DNA of 64,000 bases from Mobula hypostoma (lineage: Eukaryota), in NCBI RefSeq assembly GCF_963921235.1, contig NC_086100.1, forward strand, positions 200,014,001 to 200,078,000, read 5' to 3'. How positions within the stretch are numbered: the first letter of the stretch is position 1; the number at the start of each line of letters is the position of its first letter. Positions 15,001-28,900 of the stretch are shown piece after piece. Under the pieces are notes generated by a model. That model was not told the DNA's origin. It worked only from the letters and a program-made list of their open reading frames with translations, and made no database searches. Both the position numbers and the translations under genes were made by a program.

Positions 15001-18000
15001 CTGAGACCCAGCTGATACTGACTACTCAACAGGTATGAAGCTACTCTGAGACCCAGCTGATACTGACTACTCAACAGGTATGAGCCTACACTGAGACCCA
15101 GCTGATACTGACTGCTCAACAGGTGGAGCCTACACTGAGACCCAGCTGATACTGACTGCTCAACAGGTATAAGCCTACACTGAGACCCAGCTGATATTGA
15201 CTACTCAACAGGTATGAGCCTACACTGAGACCCAGCTGATACTGACTGCTCAACAGGTATGAACCTACACTGAGACCCAGCTGATACTGACTACTCAACA
15301 GGTATGAGCTTACACTGAGACCCAGCTGATACTGACATCTCAACAGGTATGAGCCTACACTGAGACCCAGCTGATACTGACTGCTCAACAGGTATGAGCC
15401 TACACTGAGACCCAGCTGATACTGACTACTCAACAGGTATGAGCCTACACTGAGACCCAGCTGATACTGACTACTCAACAGGTATGAGCCTACACTGAGA
15501 CCCAGCTGATACTGACTACTCAACAGGTATAAGCCTACACTGAGACCCAGCTGATACTGACTACTCAACAGGTATGAGCCTACACTGAGACCCAGCTGAT
15601 ACTGACTGCTCAACAGGTATAAACCTACACTGAGACCCAGCTGATACTGACTACTCAACAGGTATGAGCGTACACTGAGACCCAGCTGATACTGACTACT
15701 CAACAGGTATAAACCTACACTGAGACCCAGCTGATACTGACTACTCAACAGGTATGAGCCTACACTGAGACCCAGCTGATACTGACTGCTCAACAGGTAT
15801 GAGCCTACACTGAGACCCAGCTGATACTGACTACTCAACAGGTATAAAACTACACTGAGACCCAGCTGATACTGACTACTCAACAGGTATGAGCCTACAC
15901 TGAGACCCAGCTGATACTGACTGCTCAACAGGTATGAGCCTACACTGAGACCCAGCTGATACTGACTACTCAACAGGTATGAGCCTACACTGAGACCCAG
16001 CTGATACTGACTGCTCAACAGGTATGAGCCTACACTGAGACCCAGCTGATACTGACTGCTCAACAGGTATGAACCTACACTGAGACCCAGCTGATACTGA
16101 CTACTCAACAGGTATGAGCCTACACTGAGACCCAGCTGATACTGACTACTCAACAGGTATGAACCTACACTGAGACCCAGCTGATACTGACTGCTCAACA
16201 GGTATGAAGCCTACACTGAGACCCAGCTGATACTGACTACTCAACAGGTATGAGCCTACACTGAGACCCAGCTGATACTGACTACTCAACAGGTATGAGC
16301 CTACACTGAGACCCAGCTGATACTGACTGCTCAACAGGTATGAGCCTACACTGAGACCCAGCTGATACTGACTACTCAACAGGTATGAGCCTACACTGAG
16401 ACCCAGCTGATACTGACTACTCAACAGGTATGAGCCTACACTGAGACCCAGCTGATACTGACTACTCAACAGGTATGAGCCTACACTGAGACCCAGCTGA
16501 TACTGACTGCTCAACAGGTATGAACCTACACTGAGACCCAGCTGATACTGACTACTCAACAGGTATGAGCCTACTTTGAGACCCAGCTGATACTGACTAC
16601 TCAACAGGTATGAGCCTACACTGAGACCCAGCTGATACTGACTACTCAACAGGTATGAGCCTACACTGAGACCCAGCTGATACTGACTGCTCAACAGGTA
16701 TGAACCTACACTGAGACCCAGCTGATACTGACTGCTCAACAGGTATGAGCCTACACTGAGACCCAGCTGATACTGACTACTCAACAGGTATGAGCCTACA
16801 CTGAGACCCAGCTGATACTGACTGCTCAACAGGTATGAGCCTACACTGAGACCCAGCTGATACTGACTGCTCAACAGGTATGAACCTACACTGAGACCCA
16901 GCTGATACTGACTACTCAACAGGTATGAGCCTACACTGAGACCCAGCTGATACTGACTACTCAACAGGTATGAACCTACACTGAGACCCAGCTGATACTG
17001 ACTGCTCAACAGGTATGAAGCTACACTGAGACCCAGCTGATACTGACTACTCAACAGGTATGAGCCTACACTGAGACCCAGCTGATACTGACTACTCAAC
17101 AGGTATGAACCTACACTGAGACCCAGCTGATACTGACTGCTCAACAGGTATGAGCCTACACTGAGACCCAGCTGATACTGACTACTCAACAGGTATGAGC
17201 CTACACTGAGACCCAGCTGATACTGACTACTCAACAGGTATGAGCCTACACTGAGACCCAGCTGATACTGACTACTCAACAGGTATGAGCCTACACTGAG
17301 ACCCAGCTGATACTGACTACTCAACAGGTATAAACCTACACTGAGACCCAGCTGATACTGACTGCTCAACAGGTATGAACCTACACTGAGACCCAGCTGA
17401 TACTGACTACTCAACAGGTATGAGCCTACACTGAGACCCAGCTGATACTGACTACTCAACAGGTATGAGCCTACACTGAGACCCAGCTGATACTGACTAC
17501 TCAACAGGTATGAGCCTACACTGAGACCCAGCTGATACTGACTGCTCAACAGGTATGAGCCTACACTGAGACCCAGCTGATACTGACTACTCAACAGGTA
17601 TGAAGCCGACACTGAGACCCAGCTGATACTGACTACTCAACAGGTATGAGCCTACACTGAGACCCAGCTGATACTGACTGCTCAACAGGTATGAGCCTAC
17701 ACTGAGACCCAGCTGATACTGACTACTCAACAGGTATGAGCCTACACTGAGACCCAGCTGATACTGACTGCTCAACAGGTATGAGCCTACACTGAGACCC
17801 AGCTGATACTGACTGCTCAACAGGTATGAGCCTACACTGAGACCCAGCTGATACTGACTACTCAACAGGTATGAGCCTACACTGAGACCCAGCTGATACT
17901 GACTACTCAACAGGTATGAACCTACACTGAGACCCATCTGATACTGACTACTCAACAGGTATGAAGGTACACTGAGACCCAGCTGATACTGACTACTCAA

Positions 18001-21000
18001 CAGGTATGAGCCTACACTGAGACCCAGCTGATACTGACTACTCAACAGGTATGAACCTACACTGAGACCCAGCTGATACTGACTGCTCAACAGGTATGAA
18101 CCTACACTGAGACCCAGCTGATACTGACTACTCAACAGGTATGAGCCTACACTGAGACCCAGCTGATACTGACTACTCAACAGGTATGAGCCTACACTGA
18201 GACCCAGCTGATACTGACTACTCAACAGGTATGAGCCTACACTGAGACCCAGCTGATACTGACTACTCAACAGGTATGAGCCTACACTGAGACCCAGCTG
18301 ATACTGACTGCTCAACAGGTATGAACCTACACTGAGACCCAGCTGATACTGACTACTCAACAGGTATGAGCCTACACTGAGACCCAGCTGATACTGACTA
18401 CTCAACAGGTATAAACCTACACTGAGACCCAGCTGATACTGACTACTCAACAGGTATGAGCCTACACTGAGACCCAGCTGATACTGACTGCTCAACTGGT
18501 ATGAGCCTACACTGAGACCCAGCTGATACTGACTGCTCAACAGGTATGAACCTACAGTGAGACCCAGCTGATACTGACTACTCAACAGGTATGAGCCTAC
18601 ACTGAGACCCAGCTGATACTGACTACTCAACAGGTATGAGCCTACACTGAGACCCAGCTGATACTGACTACTCAACAGGTATAAACCTACACTGAGACCC
18701 AGCTGATACTGACTGCTCAACAGGTATAAACCTACACTGAGACCCAGCTGATACTGACTACTCAACAGGTATGAGCCTACACTGAGACCCAGCTGATACT
18801 GACTGCTCAACAGGTATGAGCCTACACTGAGACCCAGCTGATACTGACTACTCAACAGGTATGAGCCTACACTGAGACCCAGCTGATACTGACTACTCAA
18901 CAGGTATGAGCCTACACTGAGACCCAGCTGATACTGACTGCTCAACAGGTATGAGCCTACACTGAGACCCAGCTGATACTGACTGCTCAACAGGTATGAG
19001 CCTACACTGAGACCCAGCTGATACTGACTGCTCAACAGGTATGAACCTACACTGAGACCCAGCTGATACTGACTACTCAACAGGTATGAGCCTACACTGA
19101 GACCCAGCTGATACTGACTACTCAACAGGTATGAGCCTACACTGAGACCCAGCTGATACTGACTACTCAACAGGTATGAGCCTACACTGAGACCCAGCTG
19201 ATACTGACTACTCAACAGGTATGAACCTACACTGAGACCCAGCTGATACTGACTACTCAACAGGTATGAGCCTACACTGAGACCCAGCTGATACTGACTA
19301 CTCAACAGGTATAAGCCTACACTGAGACCCAGCTGATACTGACTACTCAACAGGTATGAGCCTACACTGAGACCCAGCTGATACTGACTACTCAACAGGT
19401 ATGAGCCTACACTGAGACCCAGCTGATACTGACTACTCAACAGGTATGAACCTACACTGAGACCCAGCTGATACTGACTGCTCAACAGGTATGAGCCTAC
19501 ACTGAGACCCAGCTGATACTGACTACTCAACAGGTATGAGCCTACACTGAGACCCAGCTGATACTGACTACTCAACAGGTATGAGCCTACACTGAGACCC
19601 AGCTGATACTGACTGCTCAACAGGTATGAGCCTACACTGAGACCCAGCTGATACTGACTACTCAACAGGTATGAGCCTACACTGAGACCCAGCTGATACT
19701 GACTACTCAACAGGTATGAACCTACACTGAGACCCAGCTGATACTGACTGCTCAACAGGTATGAGCCTACACTGAGACCCAGCTGATACTGACTGCTCAA
19801 CAGGTATGAACCTACACTGAGACCCAGCTGATACTGACTGCTCAACAGGTATGAACCTACACTGAGACCCAGCTGATACTGACTGCTCAACAGGTATGAG
19901 CCTACACTGAGACCCAGCTGATACTGACTGCTCAACAGGTATGAGCCTACACTGAGACCCAGCTGATACTGACTGCTCAACAGGTATGAGCCTACACTGA
20001 GACCCAGCTGATACTGACTACTCAACAGGTATGAGCCTACACTGAGACCCAGCTGATACTGACATCTCAACAGGTATGAGCCTACACTGAGACCCAGCTG
20101 ATACTGACTGCTCAACAGGTATGAACCTACACTGAGACCCAGCTGATACTGACTGCTCAACAGGTATGAGCCTACACTGAGACCCAGCTGATACTGACTA
20201 CTCAACAGGTATGAGCCTACACTGAGACCCAGCTGATACTGACTGCTCAACAGGTATGAGCCTACACTGAGACCCAGCTGATACTGACTACTCAACAGGT
20301 ATAAACCTACACTGGGACCCAGCTGATACTGACAACTCAACAGGTATGAGCGTACACTGAGACCCAGCTGATACTAACTACTCAACAGGTATAAACCTAC
20401 ACTGAGACCCAGCTGATACTGACTGCTCAACAGGTATGAGCCTACACTGAGACCCAGCTGATACTGACTGCTCAACAGGTATGAACCTACACTGAGACCC
20501 AGCTGATACTGACTGCTCAACAGGTATGAGCCTACACTGAGACCCAGCTGATACTGACTGCTCAACAGGTATGAGCCTACACTGAGATCCAGCTGATACT
20601 GACTACTCAACAGGTATGAGCCTACACTGAGACCCAGCTGATACTGACTACTCAACAGGTATGAAGCTACACTGAGACCCAGCTGATACTGACTACTCAA
20701 CAGGTATGAGCCTACACTGAGACCCAGCTGATACTGACTGCTCAACAGGTATGAGCCTACACTGAGACCCAGCTGATACTGACTACTCAACAGGTATGAG
20801 CCTACACTGAGACCCAGCTGATACTGACTATCAACAGGTATGAGCCTACACTGAGACCCAGCTGATACTGACTACTCAACAGGTATGAGCCTACACTGAG
20901 ACCCAGCTGATACTGACTACTCAACAGGTATGAGCCTACACTGAGACCCAGCTGATACTGACTACTCAACAGGTATGAACCTACACTGAGACCCAGCTGA

Positions 21001-22700
21001 TACTGACTGCTCAACAGGTATGAGCCTACACTGAGACCCAGCTGATACTGACTACTCAACAGGTATGAGCCTACACTGAGACCCAGCTGATACTGACTAC
21101 TCAACAGGTATGAGCCTACACTGAGACCCAGCTGATACTGACTACTCAACAGGTATGAAGCGACACTGAGACCCAGCTGATACTGACCACTCAACAGGTA
21201 TGAGCCTACACTGAGACCCAGCTGATACGGACTACTCAACAGGTATGAACCTACACTGAGACCCAGCTGATACTGACTGCTCAACAGGTATGAGCCTACA
21301 CTGAGACCCAGCTGATACTGACTGCTCAACAGGTATGAACCTACACTGAGACCCAGCTGATACTGACTGCTCAACAGGTATCAACCTACACTGAGACCCA
21401 GCTGATACTGACTGCTCAACAGGTATGAGCCTACACTGAGACCCAGCTGATACTGACTGCTCAACAGGTATGAGCCTACACTGAGACCCAGCTGATACTG
21501 ACTGCTCAACAGGTATGAGCCTACACTGAGACCCAGCTGATACTGACTGCTCAACAGGTGGAGCCTACACTGAGACCCAGCTGATACTGACTGCTCAACA
21601 GGTATAAGCCTACACTGAGACCCAGCTGATACTGACTACTCAACAGGTATGAGCCTACACTGAGACCCAGCTGATACTGACTGCTCAACAGGTGGAGCCT
21701 ACACTGAGACCCAGCTGATACTGACTGCTCAACAGGTATAAGCCTACACTGAGACCCAGCTGATACTGACTACTCAACAGGTATGAGCCTACACTGAGAC
21801 CCAGCTGATACTGACTGCTCAACAGGTATGAGCCTACACTGAGACCCAGCTGATACTGACTGCTCAACAGGTATGAACCTACACTGAGACCCAGCTGATA
21901 CTGACTACTCAACAGGTATGAGCCTACACTGAGACCCAGCTGATACTGACTACTCAACAGGTATGAGCCTACACTGAGACCCAGCTGATACTGACTACTC
22001 AACAGGTATGAAGCTACACTGGGACCCAGCTGATACTGACAACTCAACAGGTATGAGCGTACACTGAGACCCAGCTGATACTAACTACTCAACAGGTATA
22101 AACCTACACTGAGACCCAGCTGATACTGACTGCTCAACAGGTATGAGCCTACACTGAGACCCAGCTGATACTGACTACTCAACAGGTATGAGCCTACACT
22201 GAGACCCAGCTGATACTGACTACTCAACAGGTATGAGCCTACACTGAGACCCAGCTGATACTGACTACTCAACAGGTATGAGCCTACACTGAGACCCAGC
22301 TGATACTGACTACTCAACAGGTATGAGCCTACACTGAGACCCAGCTGATACTGACTGCTCAACAGGTATGAACCTACACTGAGACCCAGCTGATACTGAC
22401 TACTCAACAGGTATGAGCCTACACTGAGACCCAGCTGATACTGACTACTCAACAGGTATAAGCCTACACTGAGACCCAGCTGATACTGACTACTCAACAG
22501 GTATGAGCCTACACTGAGACCCAGCTGATACTGACTGCTCAACAGGTATGAGCCTACACTGAGACCCAGCTGATACTGACTGCTCAACAGGTATGAGCCT
22601 ACACTGAGACCCAGCTGATACTGACTGCTCAACAGGTATGAACCTACAGTGAGACCCAGCTGATACTGACTGCTCAACAGGTATGAGCCTACACTGAGAC
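1..22700. repeat. Array sub-domain A (variant family A)
   Basis: Diagnostic variants: cassette GAAGCGAC/GACCACTC/ATACGGAC (68, 1463, 8167, 14453, 21157), ATCAACC, GAGCGTAC, CTACTTTGAG, CTGGGACCC and GACATCTC. GAACGGAC and GAAGCAAC were not seen here. Confidence 0.7.
2449..2493 (+). other. Representative monomer phased as an intron-like unit (GT donor, branch-point motif, CAG acceptor); recurs every 45 bp
   Basis: GTATGA-GCCTACACTGAGACCCAGCTGA-TACTGAC-TACTCAA-CAG, followed directly by the next GTATGA. The motifs are visible in the sequence. Splicing function is not demonstrated. Confidence 0.4.
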
Positions 22701-23849
22701 CCAGCTGATACTGACTACTCAACAGGTATGAGCCTACACTGAGACCCAGCTGATACTGACTACTCAACAGGTATAAGCCTACACTGAGATCCAGCTGATA
22801 CAGACTGCTCAACAGGTATAAGCCTACACTGAGATCCAGCTGATACTGATAACACAACAGGTATGAAGCAACACTGAGACCCAGCTGATACTGACTACTC
22901 AACAGGTATGAGCCGACACTGAGACCCAGCTGATACTGACTACTCAACAGGTATGAGCCTACACTGAGACCCAGCTGATACTGACTACTCAACAGGTATG
23001 AGCCTACACTGAGATCCAGCTGATACTGACTGCTCAACAGGTATGAACGGACACTGAGACCCAGCTGATACTGACTGCTCAACAGGTATGAGCCTACACT
23101 GAGAACCAGCTGATACTGACTACCCAACAGGTATGAGCCTAAACTGAGACCCAGCTGATACTGACTACTCAACAGGTATGAACCTACACTGAGACCCAGC
23201 TGATACTGACTGCTCAACAGGTATGAGCCTACACTGAGACCCAGCTGATACTGACTACTCAACAGGTATGAGCCTACACTGAGACCCAGCTGATACTGAC
23301 TACTCAACAGGTATGAGCCTACACTGAGATCCATCTGATACTGACTGCTCAACAGGTATGATCCTACACTGAGATCCAGCTGATACTGACTGCTCAACAG
23401 GTATGAAGCAACACTGAGACCCAGCTGATACTGACTACTCAACAGGTATGAGCCTACACTGAGACCCAGCTGATACTGACTGCTCAACAGGTATGAACGG
23501 ACACTGAGACCCAGCTGATACTGACTGCTCAACAGGTATGAGCCTACACTGAGACCCAGCTGATACTGACTACTCAACAGGTATGAGCCTAAACTGAGAC
23601 CCAGCTGATACTGACTACTCAACAGGTATGAACCTACACTGAGACCCAGCTGATACTGACTGCTCAACAGGTATGAGCCTACACTGAGACCCAGCTGATA
23701 CTGACTACTCAACAGGTATAAGCCTACACTGAGACCCAGCTGATACTGACTACTCAACAGGTATGAGCCTACACTGAGACCCAGCTGATACTGACTACTC
23801 AACAGGTATAAACCTACACTGAGACCCAGCTGATACTGACTACTCAACA

Positions 23850-25930
23850 GGTATAAGCCTACAGTGAGACCCAGCTGATACTGACTACTCAACAGGTAAG
23901 AACCTACAGTGAGACCCAGATGATACTGACTACTCAACAGGTATGAGCCTACACTGAGACCCAGCTGATACTGACTACTCAACAGGTATGAGCCTACACT
24001 GAGACCCAGCTGATGCTGACTGCTCAACAGGTATAAGCCTACAGTGAGACCCAGCTGATACTGACTACTCAACAGGTATGAACCTACTGTGAGACCCAGA
24101 TGATACTGACTACTCAACAGGTATGAGCCTACACTGAGACCCAGCTGATACTGACTACTCAACAGGTATAAACCTGCACTGAGACCCAGCTGATGCTGAC
24201 TGCTCAACAGGTATGAAACTACACTGAGACCAAGCTGATACTGACTACTCAACAGGTATGAGCCTACACTGAGATCCAGCTGATACTGACTACTCAACAG
24301 GTATAAGCCTACACTGAGACCCAGCTGATACTGACTACTCAATAGGTATGAAGCTACACTGAGACCCAGCTGATACTGACTACTCAACAGGTATGAGCCT
24401 ACACTGAGACCCAGCTGATACTGACTGCTCAACAGGTATGAGCCTACACTGAGACCCAGCTGATACTGACTACTCAACAGGTATGAACCTACACTGAGAC
24501 CCATCTGATACTGACTACTCAACAGGTATGAAGCTACACTCAGACCCAGCTGATACTGACAACTCAACAGGTATGAGCCTACACTGAGACCCAGCTGATA
24601 CTGACTACTCAACAGGTATGAGCCTACACTGAGACCCAGCTGATACTGACTACTCAACAGTTATAAACCTATACTGAGACCCAGCTGATACTGACTGCTC
24701 AACAGGTATAAACCTACACTGAGACCCAGCTGATACAGACTACTCAACAGGTATGAGCCTATACTAAGACCCAGCTGATACAGACTACTCAACTGGTATG
24801 AGCCTACAGTGAGACCCAGCTGATACTGACTACTCAACAGGTATGAGCCTACACTGAGACCCAGCTGATACTGACTACTCAACAGGTATGAGCCTACACT
24901 GAGACCCAGCTGATACTGACTACTCAACAGGTATAAACCTACACTGAGACCCAGCTGATACTGACTGCTCAACAGGTATAAACCTACACTGAGACCCAGC
25001 TGATACTGACTACTCAACAGCTATGAAGCAACACTGAGACCCAGCTGATACTGACTACTCAACAGATATGACCCTACACTGAGACCCAGCTGATACAGAC
25101 TGCTCAACAGGTATGAACGGACACTGAGACCCAGCTGATACTGACTGCTCAACAGGTATGAGCCTACACTGAGACCCAGCTGATACTGACTACTCAACAG
25201 GTATGAGCCTACACTGAGACCCAGCTGATACTGACTACTCAACAGGTATGAACCTACACTGAGACCCAGCTGATACTGACTGCTCAACAGGTATGAGCCT
25301 ACACTGAGACCCAGCTGATACTGACTACTCAACAGGTATGAGCCTACACTGAGACCGGGCTGATACTGACTACTCAACAGGTATAAGCCTACACTGAGAC
25401 CCAGCTGATGCTGACTGCTCAACAGGTATAAGCCTACAGTGAGACCCAGCTGATACTGACTACTCAACAGGTAAGAACCTACACTGAGACCCAGCTGATA
25501 CTGACTACTCAACAGGTATGAAGCTACACTGAGACCCAACTGATACTGACTACTCAAGAGGTATGAGCCTACACTGAGACCCAGCTGATGCTGACTGCTC
25601 AACAGGTATAAGCCTACAGTGAGACCCAGCTGATACTGACTACTCAACAGGTATGAACCTACTGTGAGACCCAGATGATACTGACTACTCAACAGGTATG
25701 AGCCTACACTGAGACCCAGCTGATACTGACTACTCAACAGGTATAAACCTGCACTGAGACCCAGCTGATGCTGACTGCTCAACAGGTATGAAACTACACT
25801 GAGACCCAGCTGATACTGACTACTCAACAGGTATGAGCCTACACTGAGATCCAGCTGATACTGACTACTCAACAGGTATAAGCCTACACTGAGACCCAGC
25901 TGATACTGACTACTCAATAGGTATGAAGCT
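23850..25930. repeat. Higher-order duplication, period 1575 bp (35 monomers)
   Basis: GTAAG at 23896/25471, AACCTACTGT at 24081/25656 and AATAG at 24341/25916 are all offset by 1575. Confidence 0.8.
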
Positions 25931-28900
25931 ACACTGAGACCCAGCTGATACTGACTACTCAACAGGTATGAGCCTACACTGAGACCCAGCTGATACTGAC
26001 TGCTCAACAGGTATGAGCCTACACTGAGACCCAGCTGATACTGACTACTCAACAGGTATGAACCTACACTGAGACCCAGCTGATACTGACTACTCAACAG
26101 GTATGAGCCTACACTGAGACCCAGCTGATACTGACAACTCAACAGGTATGAGCCTACACTGAGACCCAGCTGATACTGACTACTCAACAGGTATGAGCCT
26201 ACACTGAGACCCAGCTGATACTGACTACTCAACAGGTATAAACCTACACTGAGACCCAGCTGATACTGACTGCTCAACAGGTATAAACCTACACTGAGAC
26301 CCAGCTGATACTGACTACTCAACAGGTATGAGCCTACACTGAGACCCAGCTGATACTGACAACTCAACAGGTATGAGCCTACACTGAGACCCAGCTGATA
26401 CTGACTACTCAACAGGTATGAGCCTACACTGAGACCCAGCTGATACTGACTACTCAACAGGTATGAGCCTACACTGAGACCCAGCTGATACTAACTACTC
26501 AACAGGTATAAACCTACACTGAGACCCAGCTGATACTGACTGCTCAACAGGTATGAACCTACACTGAGACCCAGCTGATACTGACTGCTCAACAGGTATG
26601 AGCCTACACTGAGACCCAGCTGATACTGACTACTCAACAGGTATGAGCCTACACTGAGACCCAGCTGATACTGACTACTCAACAGGTATAAGCCTACACT
26701 GAGACCCAGCTGATACTGACTACTCAACAGGTATGAGCCTACACTGAGACCCAGCTGATACTGACTACTCAACAGGTATGAACCTACACTGAGACCCAGC
26801 TGATACTGACTACTCAACAGGTATGAGCCTACACTGAGACCCAGCTGATACTGACTGCTCAACAGGTATGAGCCTACACTGAGACCCAGCGGATACTGAC
26901 TGCTCAACAGGTATAAGCCTACACTGAGACCCAGCTGATACTGACTGCTCAACAGGTATGAGCCTACACTGAGATTAAGCTGATACTGACTGCTCAACAG
27001 GTATAAGCCTACACTGAGATCCAGCTGATACTGATAACTCAACAGGTATGAAGCAACACTGAGACCCAGCTGATACTGACTACTCAACAGGTATGAGCCG
27101 ACACTGAGACCTAGCTGATACTGACTACTCAACAGGTATGAGCCTACAGTGAGACCCAGCTGATACTGACTACTCAACAGGTATGAGCCTACACTGAGAC
27201 CCAGCTGATACTGACTGCTCAACAGGTATGAACCTACACTGAGACCCAGCTGATACTGACTGCTCAACAGGTATGAGCCTACACTGAGACCCAGCTGATA
27301 CTGACTACTCAACAGGTATGAGCCTACACTGAGACCCAGCTGATACTGACTACTCAACAGGTATGAGCCTACACTGAGACCCAGCTGATACTGACTGCTC
27401 AACAGGTATAAGCCTACACTGAGACCCAGCTGATACTGACTACTCAACAGGTATGAACCTACACTGAGACCCATCTGATACTGACTACTCAACAGGTATG
27501 AAGCTACACTGAGACCCAGCTGATACTGACAACTCAACAGGTATGAGCCTACACTGAGACCCAGCTGATACTGACTGCTCAACAGGTATAAGCCTACACT
27601 GAGACCCAGCTGATACTGACTACTCAACAGGTATGAACCTACACTGAGACCCAGATGATACTGACTACTCAACAGGTATGAGCCTACACTGAGACCCAGC
27701 TGATACTGACTACTCAACAGGTATAAACCTACACTGAGACCCAGCTGATACTGACTGCTCAACAGGTATGAACCTACACTGAGACCCAGCTGATACTGAC
27801 TACTCAACAGGTATGAGCCTACACTGAGACCGAGCTGATACTGACTACTCAACAGGTATAAGCCTACACTGAGACCCAGCTGATACTGACTACTCAACAG
27901 GTATGAAGCTACACTGAGACCCAGCTGATACTGACTACTCAACAGGTATGAGCCTACACTGAGACCCAGCTGATACTGACTGCTCAACAGGTATGAGCCT
28001 ACACTGAGACCCAGCTGATACTGACTGCTCAACAGGTATGAACCTACACTGAGACCCATCTGATACTGACTACTCAACAGGTATGAAGCTACACTGAGAC
28101 CCAGCTGATACTGACTACTCAACAGGTATGAGCCTACACTGAGACCCAGCTGATACTGACTACTCAACAGGTATGAGCCTACACTGAGACCCAGCTGATA
28201 CTGACTACTCAACAGGTATAAACCTACAATGAGACCCAGCTGATACTGACTGCTCAACAGGTATAAACCTACACTGAGACCCAGCTGATACAGACTACTC
28301 AACAGGTATGAGCCTACACTAAGACCCAGCTGATACTGACTACTCAACAGGTATGAGCCTACAGTGAGACCCAGCTGATACTGACTACTCAACAGGTATG
28401 AGCCTACACTGAGACCCAGCTGATACTGACTACTCAACAGGTATGAGCCTACACTGAGACCCAGCTGATACTGACTACTCAACAGGTATAAACCTACACT
28501 GAGACCCAGCTGATACTGACTGCTCAACAGGTATGAACCTACACTGAGACCCAGCTGATACTGACTGCTCAACAGGTATGAGCCTACACTGAGACCCAGC
28601 TGATACTGACTACTCAACAGGTATGAGCCTACACTGAGACCCAGCTGATACTGACTACTCAACAGGTATGAGCCTACACTGAGACCCAGCTGATACTGAC
28701 TGCTCAACAGGTATGAGCCTACACTGAGACCCAGCTGATACTGACTACTCAACAGGTATGAACCTACACTGAGACCCAGCTGATACTGACTACTCAACAG
28801 GTATGAGCCTACACTGAGACCCAGCTGATACTGACTGCTCAACAGGTATGAGCCTACACTGAGACCCAGCTGATACTGACTACTCAACAGGTATAAGCCT

